Assembly (NCBI GenBank): GCA_964016885.1
Contig: OZ024741.1
Location: forward strand, 263,376,001 to 263,440,000
Length of the DNA stretch: 64,000 bases
Source of the DNA: Eledone cirrhosa
Lineage: Eukaryota
Reading direction: 5' to 3'
Within the stretch, counting starts at the first letter, position 1. Each line of letters begins with the position of its first letter. The notes below the pieces were generated by a model. The model was not told where the DNA came from. It did not search any database and was given only the letters and a program-made list of their open reading frames with translations. Of the stretch, positions 1 to 14,243 are shown one piece after another. The position numbers and the translations under genes were made by a program.

Positions 1-3000
1 GATTTGGAGTGGGTGAATGTGGACTGTGTAGTGATATAGTGTTATGACCTACTACATGATTTGGAGTGGGTTAATGTGGACTGTGTAGTGATATAGTGTT
101 ATGACCTACTACATGATTTGGAGTGGGTGAATGTGGACTGTGTAGTGATATAGTATTATGACCTGCTACATGATTTGGAGTGGGTGAATGTGGACTGTGT
201 AGTGATATAGTATTATGACCTGCTACATGATTTGGAGTGGGTGAATGTGGACTGTGTAGTGATATAGTGTTATGACCTACTACATGATTTGGAGTGGGTG
301 AATGTGGACTGTGTAGTGATATAGTATTATGACCTGCTACATGATTTGGAGTGGGTGAATGTGGACTGTGTAGTGATATAGTGTTATGACCTACTACATG
401 ATTTGGAGTGGGTGAATGTGGACCGTGTAGTGATATAGTGTTATGACCTACTACATGATTTGGAGTGGGTGAATGTGGACTGTGTAGTGATATAGTGTTA
501 TGACCTACTACATGATTTGGAGTGGGTGAATGTGGACTGTGTAGTGATATAGTATTATGACCTGCTACATGATTTGGAGTGGGTGAATGTGGACTGTGTA
601 GTGATATAGTATTATGACCTTCACGTGATTTGGAGTGGGTGAATGTGGACTGTGTAGTGATATAGTGTTTTGACCTGCTACATGATTTGGAGTGGGTGAA
701 TGTGGACTGTGTAGTGATATAGTGTTATGACCTTCACGTGATTTGGAGTGGGTGAATGTGGACCGTGTAGTGATATAGTATTATGACCTGCTACATGATT
801 TGGTGTGGGTGAATGTGGACTGTGTAGTGATATAGTGTTTTGACCTGCTACATGATTTGGAGTGGGTGAATGTGGACTGTGTAGTGATATAGTATTATGA
901 CCTGCTACATGATTTGGAGTGCGTGAATGTGGACTGTGTAGTGATATAGTATTATGACCTGCTACATGATTTGGAGTGGGTGACGGTGGACTGTGTAGTG
1001 ATATAGTATTATGACCTTCACGTGATTTGGAGTGGGTGAATGTGGACTGTGTAGTGATATAGTGTTATGACCTGCTACATGATTTGGAGTGGGTGAATGT
1101 GGACTGTGTAGTGATATAGTATTATGACCTGTCACGTGATTTGGAGTGGGTGAATGTGGACTGTGTAGTGATATAGTATTATGACCTGACACATGATTTG
1201 GAGTGGGTGAATGTGGACTGTGTAGTGATATAGTATTATGACCTGCTACATGATTTGGTGTGGGTGAAAGTGGACTGTGTAGTGATATAGTGTTTTGACC
1301 TGCTACATGATTTGGAGTGGGTGAATGTGGACTGTGTAGTGATATAGTATTATGACCTGCTACATGATTTGGAGTGGGTGAATGTGGACTGTGTAGTGAT
1401 ATAGTGTTATGACCTGCTACATGATTTGGAGTGGGTGAATGTGGACTGTGTAGTGATATAGTGTTTTGACCTGCTACATGATTTGGAGTGGGTGAATGTG
1501 GACTGTGTAGTGATATAGTGTTTTGACCTTCACGTGATTTGGAGTGGGTGAATGTAGACTGTGTAGTGATATAGTATTATGACCTGCTACATGATTTGGA
1601 GTGGGTGAATGTGGACTGTGTAGTGATATAGTATTATGACCTTCACGTGATTTGGAGTGGGTGAATGTGGACTGTGTAGTGATATAGTATTATGACCTTC
1701 ACGTGATTTGGAGTGGGTGAATGTGGACTGTGTAGTGATATAGTATTGTGATCTGCTACATGATTTGGAGTGGGTGAATGTGGACTGTGTAGTGATATAG
1801 TATTATGACCTGCTACATGATTTGGAGTGGGTGAATGTGGACTGTGTAGTGATATAGTATTATGACCTGCTACATGATTTGGAGTGGGTGAATGTGGACT
1901 GTGTAGTGATATAGTATTATGACCTGCTACATGATTTGGAGTGGGTGAATGTGGACTGTGTAGTGATATAGTATTATGACCTTCACGTGATTTGGAGTGG
2001 GTGAATGTGGACTGTGTAGTGATATAGTATTATGACCTGCTACATGATTTGGAGTGGGTGAATGTGGACTGTGTAGTGATATAGTATTATGACCTGCTAC
2101 ATGATTTGGAGTGGGTGAATGTGGACTGTGTAGTGATATAGTATTATGACCTGCTACATGATTTGGAGTGGGTGAATGTGGACTGTGTAGTGATATAGTA
2201 TTATGACCTGCTACATGATTTGGAGTGGGTGAATGTGGACTGTGTAGTGATATAGTATTATGACCTGCTACATGATTTGGAGTGGGTGAATGTGGACTGT
2301 GTAGTGATATAGTATTATGACCTGCTACATGATTTGGAGTGGGTGAATGTGGACTGTGTAGTGATATAGTATTATGACCTGCTAGATGATTTGGAGTGGG
2401 TGAATGTGGACTGTGTAGTGATATAGTATTATGACCTTCACGTGATTTGGAGTGGGTGAATGTGGACTGTGTAGTGATATAGTATTATGACCTGCTACAT
2501 GATTTGGAGTGGGTGAATGTGGACTGTGTAGTGATATAGTATTATGACCTGCTACATGATTTGGAGTGGGTGAATGTGGACTGTGTAGTGATAAAGTATT
2601 ATGACCTGCTACATGATTTGGAGTGGGTGAATGTGGACTGTGTAGTGATATAGTATTATGACCTTCTACATGATTTGGAGTGGGTGAATGTGGACTGTGT
2701 AGTGATATAGTATTATGACCTGCTACATGATTTGGAGTGGGTGAATGTGGACTGTGTAGTGATATAGTATTATGACCTGACACATGATTTGGAGTGGGTG
2801 AATGTGGACTGTGTAGTGATATAGTATTATGACCTGTCACGTTATTTGGAGTGGGTGAATGTGGACTGTGTAGTGATATAGTGTTATGACCTACTACATG
2901 ATTTGGAGTGGGTGAATGTGGACTGTGTAGTGATATAGTATTATGACCTTCACGTGATTTGGAGTGGGTGAATGTGGACTGTGTAATGATATAGTATTAT

Positions 3001-5203
3001 GACCTGTCACATGATTTGGAGTGGGTGAATGTGGACTGTGTAGTGATATAGTATTATGACCTGCTACATGATTTGGAGTGGGTGAATGTGGACTGTGTAG
3101 TGATATAGTGTTATGACCTACTACATGATTTGGAGTGGGTGAATGTGGACTGTGTAGTGATATAGTATTATGACCTGCTACATGATTTGGAGTGGGTGAA
3201 TGTGGACTGTGTAGTGATATAGTATTATGACCTTCACGTGATTTGGAGTGGGTGAATGTGGACTGTGTAGTGATATAGTATTATGACCTGCTACATGATT
3301 TGGAGTGGGTGAATGTGGACTGTGTAGTGATATAGTATTATGACCTGCTACATGATTTGGAGTGGGTGAATGTGGACTGTGTAGTGATATAGTATTATGA
3401 CCTGCTACATGATTTGGAGTGGGTGAATGTGGACTGTGTAGTGATATAGTATTATGACCTGCTACATGATTTGGAGTGGGTGAATGTGGACTGTGTAGTG
3501 ATATAGTGTTATGACCTTCACGTGATTTGGAGTGGGTGAATGTGGACTGTGTAGTGATATAGTATTATGACCTGCTACATGATTTGGAGTGGGTGGATGT
3601 GGACTGTGTAGTGATATAGTATTATGACCTTCACGTGATTTGGAGTGGGTGTATGTGGACTGTGTAGTGATATAGTATTATGACCTAATACGTGATTTGG
3701 AGTGGGTGAATGTGGACTGTGTAGTGATATAGTATTATGACCTGCTACATGATTTGGAGTGGGTGAATGTGGACTGTGTAATGATATAGTATTATGACCT
3801 GCTACATGATTTGGAGTGGGTGAATGTGGACTGTGTAGTGATATAGTATTATGACCTGCTACATGATTTGGAGTGGGTGAATGTGGACTGTGTAGTGATA
3901 TAGTATTATGACCTATCACATGATTTGGAGTGGGTGAATGTGGACTGTGTAGTGATATAGTATTATGACCTGTCACATGATTTGGAGTGGGTGAATGTGG
4001 ACTGTTTAGTGATATAGTATTATGACCTGTCACATGATTTGGAGTGGGTGAATGTGGACTGTGTAGTGATATAGTATTATGACCTGCTACATGATTTGGA
4101 GTGGGTGAATTGGACTGTGTAGTGATATAGTATTATGACCTGCTACATGATTTGGAGTGGGTGAATGTGGACTGTGTAGTGATATAGTGTTTTGACCTGC
4201 TACATGATTTGGAGTGGGTGAATGTGGACTGTGTAGTAATATAGTATTATGACCTGTCACATGATTTGGAGTGGGTGAATGTGGACTGTGTAGTGATATA
4301 GTATTATGACCTGCTACATGATTTGGAGTGGGTGAATGTGGACTGTGTAGTGATATAGTGTTATGACCTTCACGTGATTTGGAGTGGGTGAATGTGGACT
4401 GTGTAGTGATATAGTATTATGACCTGCTACATGATTTGGAGTGGGTGGATGTGGACTGTGTAGTGATATAGTATTATGACCTTCACGTGATTTGGAGTGG
4501 GTGTATGTGGACTGTGTAGTGATATAGTATTATGACCTACTACGTGATTTGGAGTGGGTGAATGTGGACTGTGTAGTGATATAGTATTATGACCTGCTAC
4601 ATGATTTGGAGTGGGTGAATGTGGACTGTGTAGTGATATAGTATTATGACCTGCTACATGATTTGGAGTGGGTGAATGTGGACTGTGTAGTGATATAGTA
4701 TTATGATCTGCTACATGATTTGGAGTGGGTGAATGTGGACTGTGTAGTGATATAGTATTATGACCTATCACATGATTTGGAGTGGGTGAATGTGGACTGT
4801 GTAGTGATATAGTATTATGACCTGTCACATGATTTGGAGTGGGTGAATGTGGACTGTGTAGTGATATAGTATTATGACCTGTCACATGATTTGGAGTGGG
4901 TGAATGTGGACTGTGCAGTGATATAGTATTATGACCTGCTACATGATTTGGAGTGGGTGAATGTGGACTGTGTAGTGATATAGTATTATGACCTGCTACA
5001 TGATTTGGAGTGGGTGAATGTGGACTGTGTAGTGATATAGTGTTTTGACCTGCTACATGATTTGGAGTGGGTGAATGTGGACTGTGTAGTGATATAGTAT
5101 TATGACCTGTCACATGATTTGGAGTGGGTGAATGTGGACTGTGTAGTGATATAGTATTATGACCTTCACGTGATTTGGAGTGGGTGAATGTGGACTGTGT
5201 AGT
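1..5203. repeat. 57-bp minisatellite, about 91 units, continuing past the window start
   Basis: Unit GATTTGGAGTGGGTGAATGTGGACTGTGTAGTGATATAGTATTATGACCTGCTACAT, with 56-bp TTCACGT variants. Confidence 0.98.
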
Positions 5204-5446
5204 AGAAAATTTTGGCTGAGTAATTTTCTAAGTGTGGTCAGAGCAAGAAGTGTCAAAAACTAGGTTTGTCAACTTGCCAAACTGTCATTTGAAATTGTTT
5301 TACTTGGGGGAGAATAGAGCACATAATTGGGAGGTGGGGCACATGTTGTAGAGCTGACCTACGGTAGAGAGAGAGAGAAATACATTGACAATTAGTTGAA
5401 AAGAGACAAAGAGAAAGAGAGAAATAGACTGACACATATGTGTGAG

Positions 5447-5491
<45 letters not shown>

Positions 5492-5680
5492 TTATTAAAA
5501 TAACAGATTAAAGTTTAAGCAAAGAATCGCTCTAGGGTTCTTATATATTTGATATATATTTATCCTTATCGAGCCCTCTTTGGATTTTAGTTTTCAAATT
5601 TATTATTATTACTATATTATATATATATATATTATATATATAGAGAGAGAGAGAGATGTGTATATATATATAGATATATT

Positions 5681-6165
5681 TCTTTATTAGCCACAAGGGC
5701 GCACAAGAAAAGGGGACAATACAAAGACATGCCGGAGATTTTACATACAGTCGTGTAAAAAATATTGAAACAAACAATTACAACAATCGAAATCCCCAAT
5801 AGGGAGGAGGCGCCACAAATGGGTTGTTTAATACCCCTTCGATAGAACAACCCTCAACTTCAGGAGCGTGTTGTGCAAGTGCACCTTTCTTCCTTTTGCT
5901 CTCTTCTTTAACCTACAGGCTTATAAACAGAGAAGGCCCAATCACTCGGGCCATTTTCGCTTCATTCACCCACCTTTCAGTAAATTTACTGGGGTGCAGT
6001 GCCTCTCTCTCCACCCTGATTCTCCTTCTAAAGTGATTCTTAAAGAAGGGAATCAATTGTTGTCCGGAGAGAAAGGCATCTGTCCTCAGTCCTCTCAACC
6101 ATGTCCACCATATAACTTCTTTCACCATAGCCACCGTATAGAGGAAAACCGCCTCTCTTTCGTTT
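5681..6165 (-). mobile_element. 3' fragment of an L1/Tx1-type LINE (ORF2 C-terminus and 3' UTR)
   Basis: Peptide MVKEVIWWTW...FFKNHFRRRIRVERE...FTERWVNEAKMARV*, then a pyrimidine-rich UTR, AATAAA and (TA)n. The clade call rests on recalled similarity. Confidence 0.6.
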
Positions 6166-6384
6166 TATATAGATAGATAGATATATAGAGAAACAGACTG
6201 AGATAAATGTGTGTGTATATATATATATATACACATATATCTCAGTCTGTTTCTCTCTATATATATATAGATATATATATAGATATATACACATCTCAGT
6301 CTGTTTCTCTCTCTCTATATATATATATATACACATCTCAGTCTGTTTCTCTCTCTATATATATATACACACATATAAATAAAT

Positions 6385-6500
6385 AATAATGAAATTATTG
6401 TGTACAGTGCTCAGGTGCACTACAACTCATCAAAGGTGCATGTATAGTACATAGAATAATGTACAAATGTCAGGAAAATGAACAGTGTATGAGTCATGAT
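6385..6500 (-). mobile_element. LINE 3'-end fragment matching the tail of the CR1-like element at 29340
   Basis: Near-identical to 29343-29456 (aatgaaattattgtgtacagtgctcag...gaacagtgtatgag). Confidence 0.6.
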
Positions 6501-6554
6501 ATAATAATATACACACATCTCAGTTTGTTTCTCTCTCTATATATATATATACAC

Positions 6555-6589
<35 letters not shown>

Positions 6590-6819
6590 TCTCAGTCTGT
6601 TTCTCTCTCTCCAGGACAAGTTTTTGTAGGTGGAAAATGTCCAAATGTTTATCATCTTTTTAATCTGTGTTTAGACATTTCCCTTTCTTCTCTGTCTTCT
6701 TTCCTCACTTTATTTCTTTCTTTCTTTTATTACTTTGAATTTAGGTTTCCAGTATGGAATGGGGGGGGGTACTAGAGAGATAAGTACAGGACATTTCAGT
6801 TAACTAGATATAAAAGACA

Positions 6820-6980
6820 CCTACTACTACTACTAGTAGTAGCAGCAGTAGTAGTAGTAGTAGTGGTGGTGGTGGTGGTAATAGTACTGGTGGCAAGAGT
6901 AGCAGTAATTGTTGTTGTTGTTGTGATAGTAGCAGCAGTAGTAGTGGTGGTGGTAGCAATAGTAGTAGCAGCAGCAGCAG
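6820..6980. repeat. (TAG/GGT/CAG)n low-complexity tract
   Basis: Mixed trinucleotide runs. Confidence 0.9.
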
Positions 6981-7034
6981 TGTGTAGCTTGGCGATCAGG
7001 AAGCTGCTACAGGGAGAGCCGTTATTCCTCTCTA

Positions 7035-7275
7035 TAACAGTTACAGACATGTAGTTAGAATGTCTAAGACGAGAATCACTGGACAGATTTTACAGGCAAA
7101 GCCAACTAGCATGAAATCTAAAGGTAGACCACGAGAAAGTTAGTTGGTCTCATTTAGGGATCCAGCCAGATTATTTAAAGATGGTTGCTTCTGATAGGAT
7201 CCTCTGGAGGGGCTGTTTGTGGATTCTGGCCCCACAACCCTCCCAGGAATACTGGGCAAAGAACAAGAGAAGAAA
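7035..7275 (+). mobile_element. RTE-clade LINE 3' fragment
   Basis: HVVRMSK.RI..QILQAKP...K.KGRPR peptide and GAA-rich tail. Same family as 8143-8400 and 12557-12970. Confidence 0.7.
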
Positions 7276-7294
7276 TATCCCTATATATATATAT

Positions 7295-7731
<437 letters not shown>

Positions 7732-8142
7732 GTGTATGTGTGTGAGTGAGTGTGGATAAAAAGTGATGTGTATGTTCTTTTAGTTGTTTCAGTCAGACTG
7801 TGACCATGCTGAGGCACCAACCTTGAGGCATTTAATCAATCATATCAACCGCAGTACTTACTTTTTTTTAAAAATCTAATACATATTTTATCGAACTCAT
7901 TTTGTCGAATCGTTAAGTCATAACATGTGTGTATGTGTATGTTATACATCTACACACATACACACATATAAGTGGCTTCTGCAGATTCCGTTTACTAAAT
8001 TTCATTCAAGGCATTGGTGAACCCAACGCTGTAGTAAAAGACACTTACCAAAGATGCCACACCGTACAACTGAACCTGAAGCCACGTGGTTGTGAAGCTA
8101 ACTCCTTAACCACACAGCCATGTCTGTTAACACTAACTTCTT

Positions 8143-8400
8143 TTTCTTCCTCTTCACCCACTTATTCCTGTGAACGTCGTGGGGGCAGAGTCCTCAAACA
8201 CTCCTTCTAGTGGGTTGTCAAGAGACTCCGTCTCCAATTGGATCCACAAGCGAAACCAGCAAAGCTCATGGATGTTATCTAACCATCTTGCTCTAAGTCT
8301 AGATCCAGGGTCTCCTGCTGGTTTTGCCTGTAAAATCTGTTCAGCAATCCTTTCCTTAGACATTCTAATCACATGTCCGTAATATCGGAGCTGTGATTTT
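8143..8400 (-). mobile_element. RTE-clade LINE 3' fragment
   Basis: KSQLRYYGHVIRMSKERIAEQILQAKP...RWLDNI peptide. Confidence 0.75.
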
Positions 8401-8561
8401 TTCAAAAAACTACCATAACTAAATATATTTAACTTTGCTACAACCATGTCTTTTAACATAAATTTAACTAAATATATTTAACTTTGCATGAGAAAATTTT
8501 GAGACTTATAACTAATATATTCCTTAACCACACAGCCATGTCTGTTAAGACTAGCTATATA

Positions 8562-8764
8562 ACGTATATACTTGAATATAAGTTGACCCCACTATTTTAC
8601 GTCTGAGAAATGGGCAAGAATCCAAACTTTATTTACATAGAATTTGAAACAGGTGAAAATAGTCAAATTATTGATTCTGAATATAAGCCGACGCCTTCCC
8701 TAACTCCGTCTACCATCGATCTTTTTTGGTCACATATTCCTCGGCTATATTTGAATATATACAA
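8562..8764. mobile_element. Degenerate MITE, pogo/Tc2-like termini
   Basis: Imperfect TIRs CGTATATACTTGAATATAAGTTGAC ... CTCGGCTATATTTGAATATATAC. Confidence 0.55.
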
Positions 8765-9639
8765 TATATTTAACTTGGGTGTAGAAAGGTTTAATACATT
8801 CCTGACGTTTGTTAACACTTAGCTTAACTAAATATATTTAGCTTTGCTGTAGAAATGTTTAAAGCTTATAAGTAATATACAAACAGTCCATGAAATGACA
8901 CCAATCTGATTTGGACAGCACCTGAGTGGAATAAGATCGTGTATGTTGAAGTCTCAAAAGTTCGTCTCATAAGGGGGATATAACTCTAATCTTTCTCGTT
9001 CAGTATGGGGATTTTTTGGTGGGGATGATGAGGTTACCTCCCCTTACAACAGCAAAATAACCTAGAACAGCATTTCTCAACCTTTTTACTCAGGTGGAAC
9101 CCTTGAAACAGTTTTCATTACCATATTTCTAATGAAAGACACTGCCTATGATTTTCAAATAATTTTGAAAATAATCATGAATTTGGTAATATAACTAAAT
9201 TCTTCGTTATTAAGTTGGTGTTTAGAACATAAGTTCTTACATAAAATTATGAAGGGAGGGTTTTATGTGCACGGACTGAAGCATACATCTAGCATACAAA
9301 AAGCACCCAGTACATACTATAAACTGGTTGTGTAGGTGTCGTGACAAAAAGCACTGTAGAGTGGTCGTGTTGGGTTTATGACAAAAAGTTCCCAACACAC
9401 ACTGTAAATGTGGTTGACATTAGGAAAGGCAAACAGTCATAGAAACCAAGCCAGAAAGTTCTGTATGAGCAAGACAGTCATCTGACCTGACTTGTCTCAC
9501 AAAGAGACAACTCATCTAACCCATGCCAGCATGGAAAATAGATGTTAAATGATGATGATAAGGATATATAATTTTTGATGATTCAGTGTTAAAGAATTTA
9601 AATTAATGATGAAATAAAAATACTTTTTTTAAAATGAGG

Positions 9640-12600
9640 CCCCCCTAGGAAGCCTGTGCAGTGCATTCTACGTTTAAATGGAGTTCCACTGAAGCAGGTA
9701 GATAAGTTTAGGTGCATTATGATCAGAAACAGGACCCGGGAAAGCAGGGGCTGGACCTATATCAACAGGTATACCATATAGTGTGGTTCCCTGAGGAACA
9801 GGAACCCTGGTGCAGTTAGTTGCGAAATCCATCATCTTTTCAAATAGCTAATAATGTGTGGGCGCCACTACTACACACATGTGAAAGAATTTGACAGCCA
9901 AGGCTTGAAGAAGGTGCTTTCTCCTCCGTGTGGTGGGTTACCCGGCGCCAGATACCAACCTGGCATTTATACCCTCGCCCTAATTGTTCGTGTTGCAAGC
10001 ACTAGAGTAGTCGCTAACCAAAGCTACGGACCCACTCTATCCGTCTGGAGATACGTTGTACTAGCTTACCAGCATACTAGTAGCAGGAAGTTGACTTTTC
10101 CGGCACTGCAGCGCCTTTCGGCGAGCCGTGCTGGTTTTGGATGGCCATTGACTCCAAGAGCTCTTAAGAGCTCCCAGGAGTTCCTTTGCCCTTTGACAGG
10201 TTTTGTTTTTAGTCCTGCAGGATGTCCAAAGTCACCCTCCTCACCAAGAAATCTTGGTGGGGTTGCCAGTTTAGTCGCCAACGACCTGACCTTGAGACCG
10301 GTTGTACTGGGATACATGTTACTCAATCAGGGATTCTAGATCTTATTCCTCCTTTAGCTCTGTCGGCTCAGATCATCGAGTCATCTCGGCAACAATCAAA
10401 CTTAGTCTCAGGATATCCAAGAGGGCCGAACCTCATCCCATGAAAAGAATAGACTGGAAAGCCGTTTCTTCCAACAAACAACTATCCAATAGCTTCACGC
10501 TTCAAGTCTATAACAGATTTCAATCTCTCTCAACTTCTGACATCAATGACGATAATATTGAGGATGTGTATGACTGTCTTAAGCAATCAACAGAGGAAGT
10601 TGCACTTGCCACCCTACCTAAAAAGAAAAGCCGAAGCCAAATGAAACCTAGTGCCTCAGAGAAGGTAGTTGAGGAAAGGGCCCATCTTAGGTCAATATCC
10701 CAATCTCACCATCAATCACTATCTCAAGGGAAAAAGATACAGCTTATCATGGCCAAAAAATCACTAGACGACGCTTATCTTAATGCTGAAGCCGACTATA
10801 TCTCAGATAGGATTGATCAGCTATCGCAACATCACATCAGCAAACACCATCATCTTGCTTGGAAGGTTGTCAAAGATCTTTCAGGCAAAAACTCAAACTC
10901 TGCAGTTAGAATCAAAGGAGGCTCTGCCAAAAAACGTCTTGAAAATTGGTCTGCTCATTTTAAAGACCTTCTAGGGAAAAAGGCCAGACTCCCTGATAAC
11001 TATCAACTGCCATCCGTTCAGGTTTCAGAGCCTTTAGGAATCAACACCTCTCCTTTCACCATGCCTGAGCTCAAAGAAGCCATCAAACAGCTCAAAGCCT
11101 CAAAAGCCTTTGGGCCGGATAATATACCTACCCTGATTTGGAAGGATGAGCATTTCCACATCCTTTTGCTCAACTTATGTAACCATACTTTCGAGACCAA
11201 TAAACCACCTAGCATCTGGCATGCAGCTCAAATTATCCCCATGCCCAAAAAAGGAGATCTTTCTTTAGCCACCAACTACAGAGGAATTTCTCTCGTGGCA
11301 ATTGCTGCAAAACTATACAAGCTTCTCCTTAACCGCTTAATTCCATTTCTTGAGCCAATCCTTCGTAACAACCAAAATGGATTTAGGAGAGGTAGATCAA
11401 CACTTAGCCAGATTCTCTGCCTTCACCGACTTATAGAGGAGTCCCAAAACCGCAATCTAGACCTTGCACTCATCTTTGTTGATTTTTCAAAAGCCTTCGA
11501 CTCAGTTGACAGGTCGGGGATGTTTGAAATTCTACGACTTTATGGGATTCCTGATAAAATCATCGCGGCCATACGTGTAATGTATACAGATACCAAATCA
11601 ACTGTCCTGACCCCAGATGGGGAAACACCACCTTTCTCAATCCTCGCTGGAATTTTACAGGGCGATACCCTTGCTCCGTATCTATTTATCATTGTTGTGG
11701 ATTATGTTTTGCGCATGTCTGTGGATAGGATTCAGGATAGGGGATACCAACTACAGCCAAGGAGAAGCTCACACTACCCAGCAAAATACTTGACCGACAC
11801 CGACTTTGCTGACGACATCACATTGATCAGTCGGTCACTGGAAAATGCTGAGAGTCTTTTGAAGTCATTAGAGCAAGCGTCCGTGTTGGACTGTACCTCA
11901 ACGAATCCAAGACCGATTATGTGAACAGATGCGCAAACAGCCCAAACTACCCCATCAGAACCCTTAATGGTACCACCCTTAAGCAGGTGGAAGATTACAA
12001 GTATCTTGGCTCATATATCTCCTCCAAAAAAGATTTTCTAACCAGGAAGGGTATGGCATGGTCAGCGTGAAATGACATGCACGCCATATGGACATCTCAA
12101 CTTACCAACAAGCTAAAACTGGAAATAATTCCAAGCAACCATTAAGCCCATATTACTTTATGGATCCGAAACTTGGACACTAACATCACAACTTGAGAGG
12201 AGATTGGATGGCACATATACCCGCCTCTTAATGAGAGTGCAAAACCTACCCTGGAAACGACATCCCACCTTGTCTAAAATCTATGGCAAACTCCCTCAAG
12301 CCTCTGCCCTTCTAAAATCCCGGAGAGCTCAATTTGCTGGCCACTGTCACTGTACCAGCAATGAAATCATATCCGCTCTCTTGCTCTGGAACCCTGACTC
12401 CAGCCTGACTAGGAGTAGGAAGCTGTCATTACCTGACGTTATCTCTAGGGATATGGGAATCAGTAGACGGGACCTGGGAGCAGCGATGGGGGACAGGGAA
12501 TTCTGGGACATGATAGTGAGATCCATCATCTCGACAGTAGTCGACGAATGATGATGAGAGAAGTTTAAGTATCTTGCAACCGTGTTCACGGGTGATGGAA

Positions 12601-12970
12601 GGCAGGAGGCTGAGTTAAGTGCAAGAATTGTGAGCTGGTACAGTAACACGCCAGCTTCAGTATTCAGAAGAAGAGAGATAGGCGTAAAAGCCAAACTCGC
12701 TATCCTCAATTCGGTATTCATGCCAACCCTTACCTATGGTCATGAATCTGGGAAGAGCTAGACAGATTTTACAGGCAAAACCATCTGGCAGGAGACCCAG
12801 ATGTAGATCCCAAACAAGATGGTTGGATAACATCCATGAGCTTGGTTGGTCTCGCTTAGGGAACTAGGTGGATCAGTTGGAGATGTTTGCTTCTGACAGG
12901 ACCCACCAGAAGGAGTGTTTGAGGACTCTGATCTCACGACTCTCTCAGGAGTAAGTGGGTGAAGAAGAAG
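9640..12970 (+). mobile_element. Older RTE-clade LINE fragment split by the 9714-12556 insertion (pieces 9640-9713 and 12557-12970)
   Basis: LRLNGVPLKQVDKF before the insertion continues as EKFKYLATVFTGDGRQEAELSARI...PTLTYGHES after it. GAA tail at about 12960. Confidence 0.75.
9714..12556 (+). mobile_element. RTE-clade LINE with a disrupted EN-RT ORF
   Basis: ORF 10302-11924 has the APE end motif SDHR and RT motifs KAFGPDNI, PKKGD, NYRGISL, QNGFR, FVDFSKAFDSV, GILQGDTLAPYLF and FADD. The C-terminus is frameshifted (YKYLGS, LLYGSETWT, FAGHC). Tail GAATGATGATGA. Confidence 0.93.
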
Positions 12971-13579
12971 GCTCCAAAGGGTGTGTGGCCTTAAGCTATA
13001 ATTTATTTAGTTTATAGGTAGATCCAGCACTGGTAGCGCCAATAAACTTTCTTCAATAACAATATAACTACATTTATTTATTTATTTTATTTTATTTTAT
13101 TTTATGTTTGCATTTTAATAGGGAAAATTACTTTCAATAATATTTTAAGATACAAATTATTTTCCTTTAGTATTTAAATTGGCCATATCTGACCACAATT
13201 CTCTCACCTCTTTCTGTTCAAACTGGTCACTTAAACCAACGTTAATGTATTGCTTTCAAAATAAATAACATCATGAAAATCTTGTAGATTCGATATTATG
13301 CGAGATAAATCCTTTACCTCAAAAATACAATAGTAATCTAAATATTAAAGGGGTAAGTTACTTTTTCTGAGGATGTTGACATTTAGTATAAACTGGAGTT
13401 CTGGCAAAATTTAATTGAGTCAATATTTTTAGTATAAATAATTTTATTTTTAGTATAAATTGATTTTAAATCAAATCAAATCAAATTAAATTAAATTAAT
13501 TTACTTCATATTTTCCATATTCGTTAACATTTGTTTGAATTGTGCTTGTTGTGGAGTTCTGGCATCACAGTTACGTTGG

Positions 13580-13827
13580 TATGGACATGCATAAAAAGGT
13601 GCAGAGCACTAGAAGTCAATGGAAGACGCAGAGTGGGGAGACCCAAGAAGACCTGGGATGAGGCGATAAAAGCCGACCTTACCCAATTGCACCTCTCAAG
13701 GGCAATGACACACGACTGTGACCTCTGGCGTTACGCAGTAATACAGAAGACCCGACTTCCCAGAGGAACAAGCCGAAGCTGAAGCATATAGACAATATGG
13801 ACACAAAACGGTGATGATGATGATGAT
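13580..13827 (+). mobile_element. RTE-clade LINE 3' fragment
   Basis: VNGRRRVGRPKKTWDEAIKADL...WRYAV peptide and (TGA)n tail. Related pieces at 20520-20690 (-) and 30330-30520 (+). Confidence 0.75.
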
Positions 13828-14058
13828 ATATATATACACACATACACATTATCATTCTTACATATATATACATTTATGTGTATATGTATGTGTCATCATC
13901 ATCATCGTTTAACGTCTATCTTCCATGCTAGCATGGATTTAGACGGGAATTGTCCCATTTGAGGCCAGATTGGTCGGGTGACCGTGTCTCACTCGTGTGT
14001 GTGTATGTATGTATATATATACACAATTATAATTATTTATATATATATACACATACAT

Positions 14059-14089
<31 letters not shown>

Positions 14090-14184
14090 CATACACACAC
14101 ATATATATATACATATATATATATAAAAACCATGAGAAGAATACTGCGTGGTTTGCACATGGGTTACATATGATAAAAATAGTC

Positions 14185-14242
<58 letters not shown>

Positions 14243-14243
<1 letters not shown>

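Noticed and set aside
1-5203. CRISPR-like array, or a His/Pro repeat protein (GHNTISLHSPHSPTPNHVA)n
   Set aside because: There are no unique spacers or cas genes and the context is eukaryotic. The 56-bp variants break the frame repeatedly.
9638-9860. HDV-like ribozyme using GGCCCCC paired with the GGGGCT tract
   Set aside because: The P3/L3 geometry does not fit, and the 5' strand belongs to the older host LINE fragment.
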